From positions 1 through 38,590 of the forward strand of contig JAYGDX010000059.1 of the NCBI GenBank assembly GCA_046582655.1: 38,590 nt of DNA. The letters run 5' to 3'. Position numbers and translations under genes: made by a program. Positions 1 through 10,400 of this stretch are shown one piece after another (position 1 is the stretch's first letter; every line of letters begins with the position of its first letter). This stretch comes from Candidatus Poribacteria bacterium. GTDB taxonomy: Bacteria; Poribacteria; WGA-4E; UBA9662. The notes below the pieces were generated by a model, which ran no database searches, was not told the DNA's origin, and saw only the letters and a list, made by a program, of their open reading frames with translations.

Positions 1-1
1 T

Positions 2-502
2 AGTCTTGATACAGATACCAAACATCTACCTGTTATGTTGAAGGCAGCCTTTGAACACAAAGGAACTTCATTTGTTGAAATTTATCAAAATTGTAATATC
101 TTTAATGATGGTGTCTTCTTCACCTACACTGAAAAATCGACCAAGGCAGATAATGTTGTCCTACTTCAACATGGTGACCCGTTGATTTTCGGTACAAACT
201 CGGATAAAGGAATTAGACTTAACGGATTTCAGTCGGAAGTTGTTTCACTTAGTGATAGCACATATTCTACTGATGATCTCATTATACACGATCAGTTCAC
301 GGAAGACCCAACTCTCGCACATTTCCTCAGCCGAATGACTGAAGATGAAGAACTTCCTTTGCCAATAGGGATCTTTCGTAGTATCCAGCGTCCTTGCTAC
401 GAAGATGTATTAGCACAACAAATTGACACCCAAAAAGAAAAGAAAGGTGAAGGAAATCTCGAATCACTTCTCAATGCTGGAGACACATGGGTTGTTGATT
501 GA
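2..502 (+). CDS. korB: 2-oxoacid:ferredoxin oxidoreductase beta subunit, C-terminal part (5'-truncated by the window)
   Basis: Frame is open from position 2 (SLDTDTKHLPVM...). Motifs HKGTSFVEIYQNCNIFND, LPIGIFR and terminal GDTWVV are typical of OFOR beta subunits. Substrate specificity cannot be determined. Confidence 0.8.
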   Translation, partial: SLDTDTKHLPVMLKAAFEHKGTSFVEIYQNCNIFNDGVFFTYTEKSTKADNVVLLQHGDPLIFGTNSDKGIRLNGFQSEVVSLSDSTYSTDDLIIHDQFTEDPTLAHFLSRMTEDEELPLPIGIFRSIQRPCYEDVLAQQIDTQKEKKGEGNLESLLNAGDTWVVD

Positions 503-880
503 GCAGAGATTCATAAATCTTACACAGTTAATTAGAGATTGATCAGTTTTTCAATCTCGGCTAACTTTCAAACCTGCCGAAATAATCCTACCAATCTCTA
601 TCGTTGCAGTTCATTAGTACACCAATATCATTGTGTATTAGTGGTTGCAATTCGTTCAAGGTTTACCAAGCGGTTGGTGGCAACTTGACTAAAACATATG
701 TCGAATTGGGCTCTCTCTTTATACGCTGGTAAGGAAGATCAATATATCGTTATCTCTGCTGGACATATTAGTTTTCCTGCTGCTTGAGGTCTCAAGTATG
801 ATCATCTGAGAACATCAATATTCAGAAAAAAATATAGACTGGAATAAAACAAATTAACTGGGCGAAAAAGAATAATGTCA

Positions 881-909
881 TTAAAGAATATCGCACTGCA
901 TGATATAAT
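881..909 (+). promoter_or_regulatory. Putative sigma70-type promoter with extended -10, upstream of the peptidase-polA cluster
   Basis: TGaTATAAT at 901-909 is a perfect extended -10. A weak -35-like TTAAAG lies at 881-886 with 17-bp spacing, about 100 bp upstream of the ATG at 1008. Confidence 0.5.
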
Positions 910-1007
910 TATTGCCTAGTTCTACAGTAAATATGCTGACAGCGTGAAATCGGTGTCAGCTAAGTAGATAAAATTTCTAGAAACCATCTGCTTTTAGATT
1001 TAAATAT

Positions 1008-2945
1008 ATGTCAGAGTTAGAAATAAAATCCTATGGATCTTGGGTGTCGCCGATCACTTCGAATCTTATCGTCTCCGAAACGGTTCGACTTGGTCAGGTT
1101 GTGCTCGACAACGAGAGTACCTATTGGACTGAAGGAAGGCCCCAGGAAGGCGGTCGAAACGTGATCGTCCATTGTACTGCGGACGGGCAGAAAAATGACG
1201 TGACACCAGAACCTTTCAATGTTCGATCCCGTGTTCATGAATATGGTGGTGGTGCGTTTGCCGTAGTTGACAAAACAGTTTACTTCTCGAATTATCTTGA
1301 CAATCAGATTTATCGTCAAGAAATGGGTTCTCGCCCAGTAGCAATTACCTCAGAATCAGGTCGGCGTCATGCTGATTTTGTTATTAATCAAAAGCAAAAT
1401 CGACTTGTCTGCGTTAGTGAAGATCATTCTGATCTCAGCCGGAATGAGCCAGTGAATTCACTCGTGAGCTTGGATTTGGTTGATGGGACAACTCAAGCTA
1501 TTGCTTTCGGGAATGATTTTTACGCATCTCCCTGTATTAGCAGAGATGAATCTCATCTAGCATGGCTGACTTGGAACCATCCGAATATGCCCTGGGACGG
1601 CACAGAATTATGGGTTGCAACTTGGAACGAGGATGGATCTATTGCTAATCCCAAGCAAATTGCTGGTGGGCACAATGAATCAATTTTTCAGCCCAAGTGG
1701 TCACCTGATCATAAACTGTACTTCGTTTCCGACCGAAATGGTTGGTGGAATTTGCACCATTTACAAAATGGGCAAACTGAACCATTACTCGAGATGGAAG
1801 CAGAATTTGGTCGTCCACAGTGGGTTTTTGGTATGTCTACTTATGGTTTTGCCTCGGCAGAACAGATCATTTGCGCATATACCCAAAATGGTATCTGGCA
1901 TTTAGCTAGTGTTCAAACGGAAACTCGGAAGTTGGAAAGAATTGAAACCGTTTATACATCTATTGAATCAATTCAGGTTAATGCAAATATGGTCGTGTTC
2001 ATTGGTGGGTCTCCGTCCCAGTTTTCGTCAGTGGCGAAACTCGATTTGGTAACACAACATCCCTATATCATTCGTAGATCATGCAATGTTGAGGTGGGGC
2101 CGAAAGTTTTGTCCACCCCCCAAACAATAGAATTCCCGACTGTGAATGGCCTGATATCCTATGCTTTCTTTTATGCGCCTCAAAATGACTGTCAGATTGC
2201 CTCAGAATCTGAATTACCTCCCTTAATCGTTGTCAGTCATGGTGGACCCACTGGTGCAACAAGCAACACCCTCAGTCTCAATCTACAATATTGGACCAGT
2301 CGCGGTTTTGCTGTCCTTGACGTAAACTATGGCGGTAGCACAGGATATGGCCGAGTCTATCGTGAAAGGCTAAATAATCAGTGGGGCATTGTAGATGTGG
2401 AGGATTGCATAAACGGTGCAAAATTTCTTGTAGATCAAGGTCAGGTCGATTCGAATCGAATCGCCATCAAAGGTGGCAGTGCTGGTGGATACACAACGCT
2501 ATGTTCCTTAACCTATCATGATTTTTTCAAAGCGGGAGCAAGCTATTATGGTATTGGAAATTTGGAAGCACTGGCGACCGATACACACAAATTTGAATCC
2601 CGTTACCTAGATGGTCTCGTCGGCAGGTACCCGGAGGAAATGGAAGTCTATCGGGAAAGATCTCCTATTTATGCTATAGATCTACTTAACTGTCCTATTA
2701 TTATTTTTCAAGGACTTGATGATAAAGTTGTTCCCCCAAATCAGGCAGAGGCAATGGTTCACGCTCTCAAAACGAAAGGTATACCCGTTGCTTATATTCC
2801 GTTTGATGGAGAAGGGCATGGGTTCCGAAAATCTCAAAATATAAAGCGAGCGCTGGATGCAGAATTGTATTTTTATGGCAGTGTCTTTGGGTTTAAACCA
2901 GCAGATTCGCTGATTCCAATTGAGATTACCAATATGCCAGCATAG
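1008..2945 (+). CDS. S9 family peptidase (prolyl oligopeptidase / acylaminoacyl peptidase)
   Basis: N-terminal YGSWxSPI, propeller region with HPNMPWD, HGGPT, nucleophile GGSAGG, Asp in GLDDKVV, His in EGHGF. Confidence 0.92.
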   Translation: MSELEIKSYGSWVSPITSNLIVSETVRLGQVVLDNESTYWTEGRPQEGGRNVIVHCTADGQKNDVTPEPFNVRSRVHEYGGGAFAVVDKTVYFSNYLDNQIYRQEMGSRPVAITSESGRRHADFVINQKQNRLVCVSEDHSDLSRNEPVNSLVSLDLVDGTTQAIAFGNDFYASPCISRDESHLAWLTWNHPNMPWDGTELWVATWNEDGSIANPKQIAGGHNESIFQPKWSPDHKLYFVSDRNGWWNLHHLQNGQTEPLLEMEAEFGRPQWVFGMSTYGFASAEQIICAYTQNGIWHLASVQTETRKLERIETVYTSIESIQVNANMVVFIGGSPSQFSSVAKLDLVTQHPYIIRRSCNVEVGPKVLSTPQTIEFPTVNGLISYAFFYAPQNDCQIASESELPPLIVVSHGGPTGATSNTLSLNLQYWTSRGFAVLDVNYGGSTGYGRVYRERLNNQWGIVDVEDCINGAKFLVDQGQVDSNRIAIKGGSAGGYTTLCSLTYHDFFKAGASYYGIGNLEALATDTHKFESRYLDGLVGRYPEEMEVYRERSPIYAIDLLNCPIIIFQGLDDKVVPPNQAEAMVHALKTKGIPVAYIPFDGEGHGFRKSQNIKRALDAELYFYGSVFGFKPADSLIPIEITNMPA

Positions 2946-2971
2946 TCTAAGATATTTTCGGGAAAAAACAA

Positions 2972-5680
2972 GTGAATAAACTGATTCTAGTTGATGGGAT
3001 GGTCCTTATTTTTCGTGCTCACTATGCTTTTGTAAAAAACCCTAGATTGACAAGTGATGGTCGAAACGTATCTGTTGAGTTCGGCTTTATCAACACCTTG
3101 TTGGGGATTTTGGACAAGGAAGATCCAACACACATCGCTGTGGCCTTTGATACCGACGCACCCACAAAAAGACATATTGAATATCCGGAATATAAAGCCC
3201 AGAGATCAGCCATTCCAGAGAATTTAATTACCTCTATTCCACGAGTCTATGAGGTATTAGAGGCCCTGCGAATCAAAGTGTTTACTGTAGATGGATATGA
3301 GGCTGATGACATTATTGGAACAATTGCTGGATGTGCAGATGAGCTGGATTTTAAGACTTACATGGTGACAACTGATAAGGATTTTTCTCAACTAGTTTCG
3401 GAAAAAACATATTTCTATAAGCTTTCAGCACACAATGAGAAAGTCGAGATCATGGGAGTTTCCGAGATTAAAGATAAATGGCAGATTAGCCGTATCAATC
3501 AAGTAACAGATATTCTAGGTTTGTGGGGAGATTCATCTGACAATATTCCTGGTGTCACTGGGATTGGTGAGAAAACAGCCCAAAAACTGATCACGCAGTT
3601 TGGCAGTATAGAGGATCTGCTTGCTAACACAGATCAACTCAAAGGGAAACAGAAAGAAAATCTTGAAAATGAAACTGAGCAGGCGTTGCTTTCAAAGCGG
3701 CTGGCAACAATTGATCGTCATGTACCAATTCCGGTGGATTTTGACGGAATGAAGCGTCAGTTACCTAATTTGGATAAGCTAAAAGCAATTTTTACCGATC
3801 TGGAGTTTGACCGCCTTGGTAAACGGATAATTGGGGAGGAGTTTTCAGTTAATCAAGATAATTCAGTGTCAACATCTCTTCGGACAATCAAAGATGTCAA
3901 ATATGATTATCGCATAACGGATACTGCTGAAACACGCAAGGCACTGATTAAAAAGCTGAAATCACAGCAGACGTTCTGTTTGGATTGTGAAACGACCGGT
4001 CTTGATCCCAAAACAGCTAAATTGGTTGGAATTGCGTTTTCTTTTAAATCACGTACCGGGTTCTACGTTCCAATACCTAATACAGAGAACGCACAGGCCA
4101 TACTTCAGGAATTTAGGCCTTTATTGGAAGATGAAAATATCGGCAAGGTAAACCATAACCTTAAGTTTGATCTGGCTGTCTTGAAATGGCATGGTATTAC
4201 TGTTCGGGGCAAACTATTTGATACTATGCTGGCACATCAGTTAATTTTCCCCGACTTGCGCCACAATTTAGATTTTCTGGCAACAACATATCTGAACTAC
4301 TCGCCCATATCGTATAGTAATCTCACTCAAAGTAGTCAATTGGATTTGCTCCAGATTCCAATTCAGCAAATTGCCGAATATGCCTCTGAAGATGCGGATA
4401 TTACTTGGCAACTGCACGAATTGTTTAAAGACTTAATTTCTGAAAAGGAACTTAGTCGAGTATTCTATGAAGTAGAATGTCCCCTAATCCCAGTTTTAGT
4501 GGAGATAGAATCAAATGGAGTGAAGCTTGACAGTCAAGCGCTTGTATCTTTCTCCAGCGATTTGAAAAATGAGCTTTTCGACAAGGAAACCGAAATTTAC
4601 AGATTGGCTGGGATGCAATTTAATATTGATTCTCCTAAGCAGTTAGGAGAAATATTATTCGATCATTTAAAATTGGCTGAATCGCCTCGTAAAACTAAAA
4701 CAGGTCAATATAAAACGGATGCTAAGGTACTGGAGTCTTTGGCAACAAAGCACCAGATTGCCCAACAATTACTTGAGTTTCGTGAAGTCCGAAAGCTGAA
4801 AAATACTTATATTGATACACTCCCAAAAGCAATTTTTGACCACACCAAAAGAATACATACAGAATATGATCAAGCATTTGTCTCCACCGGACGAATTCAG
4901 TCGCGTAGTCCGAACCTACAAAATATCCCGATTCGTACCGAGAGAGGAAAGGAAATTCGGAAAGCGTTTATCCCCCGTAGTGATGAATACGTTCTTTTGT
5001 CTGCTGACTATTCGCAAATCGAACTTCGGATCATTGCAGAATTGAGTGGTGACGAGAACTTAATCACTGCCTTCGAGGTCGGTCTGGATATCCATACTGA
5101 AACTGCGTCAAAGGTATTCCAAGTTCCATATGGTCAAGTCAATGAAGGGATGCGTCGGCAAGCCAAGATGATTAACTTTGGCATTGTCTATGGCATTTCG
5201 GCTTTTGGTTTAGCGCAAAGACTTGGAATTCGCCGAGGTGATGCGCAACAGATTATTGATCGATATTTTAATCAGTTTCCAAAAATCAGGAATTACATGG
5301 ATGATATTGTTGAATTCGCCAGAAATAAAGAATATGTACAGACTATAACAGGCCGTCGTCGGTATTTACCTGACGTGAATTCTGCTAATGTTACTATGCG
5401 GAATAGCGCCGAACGTAATGCTATTAATTCTCCCATTCAGGGATCAAGCGCAGATCTAATCAAACTTGCGATGTCAGCCATTTACCAAGAATTTACCAGT
5501 CAAAAACTGAAGACGCGCATGATCCTTCAAGTCCACGATGAATTACTATTTGACATGTGGAAATCGGAAGAAGAAATCGTCGTTCCCATTGTCAAAGAGA
5601 AAATGCAAACTGCGATCCCGATGAGTGTTCCAATTAAAGTTGATATCGGAATTGGTCATAATTGGCTTGAAGCACATTGA
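2972..5680 (+). CDS. polA: DNA polymerase I
   Basis: GTG start. 5' nuclease motifs (LVDG, EADD, GDSSDNIPGV), 3'-5' exonuclease motifs (DCETTG, HNLKFD, YASEDAD) and polymerase motifs A/B/C (DYSQIELR, KMINFGIVYG, LQVHDEL). Confidence 0.98.
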   Translation: MNKLILVDGMVLIFRAHYAFVKNPRLTSDGRNVSVEFGFINTLLGILDKEDPTHIAVAFDTDAPTKRHIEYPEYKAQRSAIPENLITSIPRVYEVLEALRIKVFTVDGYEADDIIGTIAGCADELDFKTYMVTTDKDFSQLVSEKTYFYKLSAHNEKVEIMGVSEIKDKWQISRINQVTDILGLWGDSSDNIPGVTGIGEKTAQKLITQFGSIEDLLANTDQLKGKQKENLENETEQALLSKRLATIDRHVPIPVDFDGMKRQLPNLDKLKAIFTDLEFDRLGKRIIGEEFSVNQDNSVSTSLRTIKDVKYDYRITDTAETRKALIKKLKSQQTFCLDCETTGLDPKTAKLVGIAFSFKSRTGFYVPIPNTENAQAILQEFRPLLEDENIGKVNHNLKFDLAVLKWHGITVRGKLFDTMLAHQLIFPDLRHNLDFLATTYLNYSPISYSNLTQSSQLDLLQIPIQQIAEYASEDADITWQLHELFKDLISEKELSRVFYEVECPLIPVLVEIESNGVKLDSQALVSFSSDLKNELFDKETEIYRLAGMQFNIDSPKQLGEILFDHLKLAESPRKTKTGQYKTDAKVLESLATKHQIAQQLLEFREVRKLKNTYIDTLPKAIFDHTKRIHTEYDQAFVSTGRIQSRSPNLQNIPIRTERGKEIRKAFIPRSDEYVLLSADYSQIELRIIAELSGDENLITAFEVGLDIHTETASKVFQVPYGQVNEGMRRQAKMINFGIVYGISAFGLAQRLGIRRGDAQQIIDRYFNQFPKIRNYMDDIVEFARNKEYVQTITGRRRYLPDVNSANVTMRNSAERNAINSPIQGSSADLIKLAMSAIYQEFTSQKLKTRMILQVHDELLFDMWKSEEEIVVPIVKEKMQTAIPMSVPIKVDIGIGHNWLEAH

Positions 5681-5739
5681 ATTCATTAATTTGATGAGTT
5701 GGCTTGACAGTCGAAGTTTTGAATTGATACACTTTTTTG

Positions 5740-6519
5740 ATGATGAAAAAAACTGTTAATTCCATTAAAAAGACGAAAAAAAGCGGGCAGGGAATTGTTA
5801 TGCTGACCGCTTATGATTATCCGACAGCCCTGATTTTGAACCAAGCGGAAATTGACATTATTCTGGTTGGCGATACCCTTGGTATGGTGGTTTTGGGATA
5901 TGAAACTACACGGGATGTTACCGTAACAGATATGATTCACCATACATCTGCTGTCAAGCGCGGCAATGAAACCTGCTTGATTGTCTCAGATCTCCCATAC
6001 CAGTCCGACAAAACGTCCGAACTAGCAGTAGGAAATGCGAAACAACTTGTTTCTGCCGGAGCGGATGCTGTTAAAATTGAAGGGAATAAGACCGGAATTA
6101 TCAGAGCTATCATCAGTGAGGGAATCCCTGTCATGGGTCATGTAGGTCTCCTTCCTCAGACAACTGACAGATTCCGGGTTCGTGGCAGAAAAGAGAGAGA
6201 AGCAAATCAAATCTTGGAAGATGCAGTATCCTTGGAACTAGCAGGTTGCTTTGCCGTTGTCCTGGAATGCATCCCAAATTCAGTAGCTAAAAAGATCACG
6301 GAATCTCTTTCAATACCGGCGATTGGTATTGGGGCAGGATCAAGTTGCGATGGGCAGGTTCTTGTCACTCATGATCTTATCGGACTATTTGATCGTTTCA
6401 AGCCCTCATTTGCCAAGCAGTTCGTTAATGTAAAGAAGGAGATTTTACGTGCTGTCGAGTGCTACAAATTTGAAGTTCAGCAAGGAACTTTTCCTGATGC
6501 TGACCACTCTTATGAATAA
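5740..6519 (+). CDS. panB: 3-methyl-2-oxobutanoate hydroxymethyltransferase
   Basis: MLTAYD, LVGDTLGM, VKIEG, MGHVGLLPQ, IGIGAG, DGQVLV. Start could be 5737 (TTG), 5740 or 5743 (ATG). Confidence 0.95.
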   Translation: MMKKTVNSIKKTKKSGQGIVMLTAYDYPTALILNQAEIDIILVGDTLGMVVLGYETTRDVTVTDMIHHTSAVKRGNETCLIVSDLPYQSDKTSELAVGNAKQLVSAGADAVKIEGNKTGIIRAIISEGIPVMGHVGLLPQTTDRFRVRGRKEREANQILEDAVSLELAGCFAVVLECIPNSVAKKITESLSIPAIGIGAGSSCDGQVLVTHDLIGLFDRFKPSFAKQFVNVKKEILRAVECYKFEVQQGTFPDADHSYE

Positions 6520-6550
6520 CTGAATTTGATGGATTAAGGAGACAAATTAG

Positions 6551-7423
6551 ATGTTTAAAGTTGGAATTATTGGAGATGAAGCCTCACAAGATTTTCAAAT
6601 CGTCGTTGATCTAGCAGTTGAATTCAATCTCGATTCGATTGAAATTAGATCCGTTTGGGATAAAGCACCGCAGGAATTAACAGATCAGGATATTGTCAAG
6701 ATGAAGCAAATTCTCGACAGTACAGATGTTCGCGTAATTGGCGTTGCATCACCATTCTACAAATGCGATATTGATAATGCTAAAGAGCGGAAAGAACATC
6801 TCAACATCTTGAAGCGGTGCATTAAGTTGGCAAAAGCATTTGATGTCAACTTAATACGAACTTTTGTTTTTTGGAAGATCGATAATATCGAAGAACGATG
6901 GAATGAGATTGTTGAATCCTATGATGAACCTGTGCAGATTGCAGAAAACGAAGGTATTATACTTGGTATGGAGAATGAGTATTCAACCAACTTAGCCACT
7001 GCTAAGCTGACAGAGCGTTTCATTGGTGAAATTAACTCACCGAGTGTCAAAGCAATCTGGGATCCGGCAAATGAAGCGCATGCCGACCAAGACGGTGAGA
7101 TGCCATTTCCAGACGCATACAATCGGCTTAAACCGTTTATGATCCACGCCCACCTGAAAGATGCTGCCCGCGATCCTAAAACTGGGGAGATGGATTCGGT
7201 CGAGGTTGGCACTGGAATCATCGATTGGCAGGGACAACTGCAAGCTTTCATTGATGATGGTTATCAAGGACACTTAACATTAGAAACTCACTGGCGTCCA
7301 ACACTCAAGTTGGATGAAGATATCGTTCATCAACCTGGAGGTTCGGCGTTCTCCGAAGCAGGTGAAGAAGCGTCACGCATCTGTTTGCAAAATTTGTTCA
7401 AAATGATTGACAAGTTAGAATAG
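6551..7423 (+). CDS. Sugar phosphate isomerase/epimerase (xylose-isomerase-like / AP_endonuc_2 TIM barrel)
   Basis: AAGGAG RBS. Metal-ligand pattern GMENE, WDPAN, HAHLKD, GxGxIDW, LETH. Confidence 0.8.
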   Translation: MFKVGIIGDEASQDFQIVVDLAVEFNLDSIEIRSVWDKAPQELTDQDIVKMKQILDSTDVRVIGVASPFYKCDIDNAKERKEHLNILKRCIKLAKAFDVNLIRTFVFWKIDNIEERWNEIVESYDEPVQIAENEGIILGMENEYSTNLATAKLTERFIGEINSPSVKAIWDPANEAHADQDGEMPFPDAYNRLKPFMIHAHLKDAARDPKTGEMDSVEVGTGIIDWQGQLQAFIDDGYQGHLTLETHWRPTLKLDEDIVHQPGGSAFSEAGEEASRICLQNLFKMIDKLE

Positions 7424-7441
7424 TAAGGAGTTCAGAGGTGA

Positions 7442-10400
7442 ATGTCCCAGGAATTTATCGAGATTCGCGGTGCCCGCGAACATAACCTACAGGATATCAA
7501 TCTTAAACTTCCGAAGAACCAACTGATTGTCTTCACTGGCGTAAGCGGATCCGGAAAATCTTCCTTAGCCATTGACACAATCTATGCTGAAGGGCAACGC
7601 CGTTACATTGAGTCACTCTCAACCTATGCACGTCAGTTCATCGGTCAAATTGAAAAGCCCAAATTTGACACGATTGATGGACTTTCGCCTTCCATATCAA
7701 TTAGCCAAAAATCAACCAGCCAAAATCCTAGATCAACTGTTGCCACTATAACAGAGATCTACGACTATTTGCGAGTACTCTTCTCTCGAGCGGGTAAATT
7801 GCATTGTGCTGAATGCAATTCTCCACTTGGCAGGCAAACAGAAGACGAAATTGTCGACCAGATTATGGCTATGCCTGAAAATAGACGTTTGCTTATTCTA
7901 GCACCGATTGTCATTGGCCGACGCGGTGAATATCGGAAGGAATTAGAGGACGCTCGCAAGGCCGGTTACGCACGAGCTCGAATCAATGGAGTTGTTGTCG
8001 ATCTAATGGAGGATATCCAGCTTGAACGTCACAAACGCCACAACATTGAAATCGTAGTTGATCGAATTAAGGTTAGATCAGATATTCGCAGCCGTGTTGC
8101 GGAGTCGGTTGAACTCGCATTACGTATGAGTAACGGCATTTTAACTGTCAATATGCTGGATTTTCAAGACAAGAATCGGACTTTCAGCCGGAGCTATACC
8201 TGCACCAGATGCCAGATCGGTTATCAGCCGCTTGCTCCTAGGGATTTTTCTTTTAATAGTCCAGCTGGAATGTGTCCAACCTGCCGTGGAGTAGGCACAA
8301 TAAACGGAATCTCAAAAGATCTGGTTATTCCTGATCCGGACTTGTCAATCAATAATGGTGCTGTATCGTTGTGGGGGAAAATTGAATCGTCACGTTTGAG
8401 AATGATGGTCCAAAGTCTGGCGGATTACTTTGAAATCGACCTCAATGATTCGTGGAAAGAATTACCTGAAAATGTACAAAATGCAATCCTGTATGGTACA
8501 GGTAGCCGGCGAATACCAATGATTTATCGTCAACGGGGCCGCCATCGATTCAAGAGAAGAGAAGCATTTCATGGGGTTATTCCTGATGCTGAGTATCAAT
8601 ACCATCGGAGTCGATCTCAAGCCCGTAAGAACAAATTCGAGAAATATGTCTCAATAATCATGTGTCCGGATTGTAATGGTAATCGGCTTAAATCAGAAGC
8701 GATGAGTGTGAAAATTGATGATAAATCTATCGTCGATATTGCTGAAATGACCATCAACGACTGTCTTGAATTTTTCAACAACCTCAGGTTGGCTGAACGA
8801 GAGACAATTATCGCAGAAGGTGTACTAAGGGAAATTCGAGGAAGGTTAGAGTTTCTCGCTAACGTTGGATTAGAATACTTATCGCTTAATCGCACTGCTC
8901 CAACCTTATCTGGTGGTGAATCTCAACGGATACGTTTGGCTTCACAAATTGGTGCCGGATTACATGATGTTGTTTATGTCTTAGATGAGCCATCAATTGG
9001 TCTCCATCCTCGGGATAATAACCGTCTATTAAGGACACTTCAACAGCTACGTAATCAAGGAAACACAGTCATTGTAGTAGAACATGATGAAGACACGATG
9101 CGAACGGCAGACATGATTGTTGACTTTGGTCCACGTGCTGGTATTCAAGGAGGGATGATTTCAGACATCGGTACTCCAAACGAAGTAATCACAAACGGCA
9201 GCTCGCTGACAGCTCAATATCTGAGGGGTGATCTCGAAATAGAGATACCAAACAGGCGACGTTCCCATGAAGATTCATTCCTCGAAATCATCGAGGCCAA
9301 ACACAATAATCTAAAAAATATCGACGTCCAAATACCGGTTGGCATTTTAACCTGTGTGACCGGAGTCTCCGGATCCGGTAAAAGTTCACTTATTAATGAC
9401 ATACTTTATCAGGCATTGGCACGAGATTTGATGCGTGCTGATACAACTCCAGGTAAGCATAAGAGAATTCAGGCCATAAAGTGTAATGAGAATAATACAC
9501 TCGAGGTTCAAGAGGTAAGTGACGTAATCGACAAAGTCGTAGCGATCAATCAATCCCCAATTGGTCGTATCCCGCGCTCAAATCCAGCAACGTATAGCAA
9601 ACTGTTTGATCATATTCGGAGTCTATTTGCTGGACTTCCAGAATCGAAGTTACGTGGTTATAAACCTGGTCGCTTTAGTTTTAATGTCAAAGGAGGTCGT
9701 TGTGAAGCCTGTCAAGGTAACGGTGCAAAGAAGATTGAACTGCAGCTTTTAGCCGACGTATGGGTTGCCTGCAATGTTTGTAACGGCAAACGATACAATC
9801 AAGAAACACTGACTGTCAAGTATAAAGATAAGTCAATTAGCGACGTCCTAAACTTGGACGTTCAAGAAGCATTAGAGCATTTTAAAAATGTACCAAACAT
9901 TGCCAAGATTCTTCAGACGCTGTATGACGTTGGGTTAGACTACATAAAACTTGGTCAGCCTTCACCAACACTCTCCGGAGGAGAAGCACAAAGAATAAAA
10001 TTATCCCGCGAATTGGCTAAGCGAAGGACCGATCAAACGCTGTATATTCTTGATGAACCGACCACCGGACTGCATTTCGATGATGTGAAGAGACTACTTG
10101 AGGTACTCCATCGACTGGTCGATCAAGGAAGCACAGTTATCGTCATTGAACACAACTTAGAGGTGATCAAAACGGCTGATTATATTATCGACCTCGGTCC
10201 CGAAGGAGGAGAATCTGGTGGTTTTGTTGTTGCCACTGGTACTCCGGAGGAAGTCACGCAAATTAAAGGATCGCACACCGGTCAGTACTTGAAACGCTTG
10301 CTGGATCGGACTACAGAATTTTTAAAGGAAGACCTGCGAGCTCCACATGCTGTGGGTAACAATGAGAAAGGGATCATAGTTCAAGGCGCATCTGAGCATA

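Noticed and set aside
503..1007. CRISPR array or IS element in the long intergenic region
   Set aside because: No regularly spaced direct repeats, terminal inverted repeats or transposase remnant seen.
5860..5886. PanB motif LVGDT instead of the usual LVGDS
   Set aside because: A conservative substitution with the other motifs intact; no sign of altered function.
6551..7423. TIM-barrel gene as endonuclease IV because it sits between polA and uvrA
   Set aside because: It lacks Nfo hallmarks such as HAPYxIN and DRH, and its motifs fit sugar isomerases/epimerases. Context alone is insufficient.
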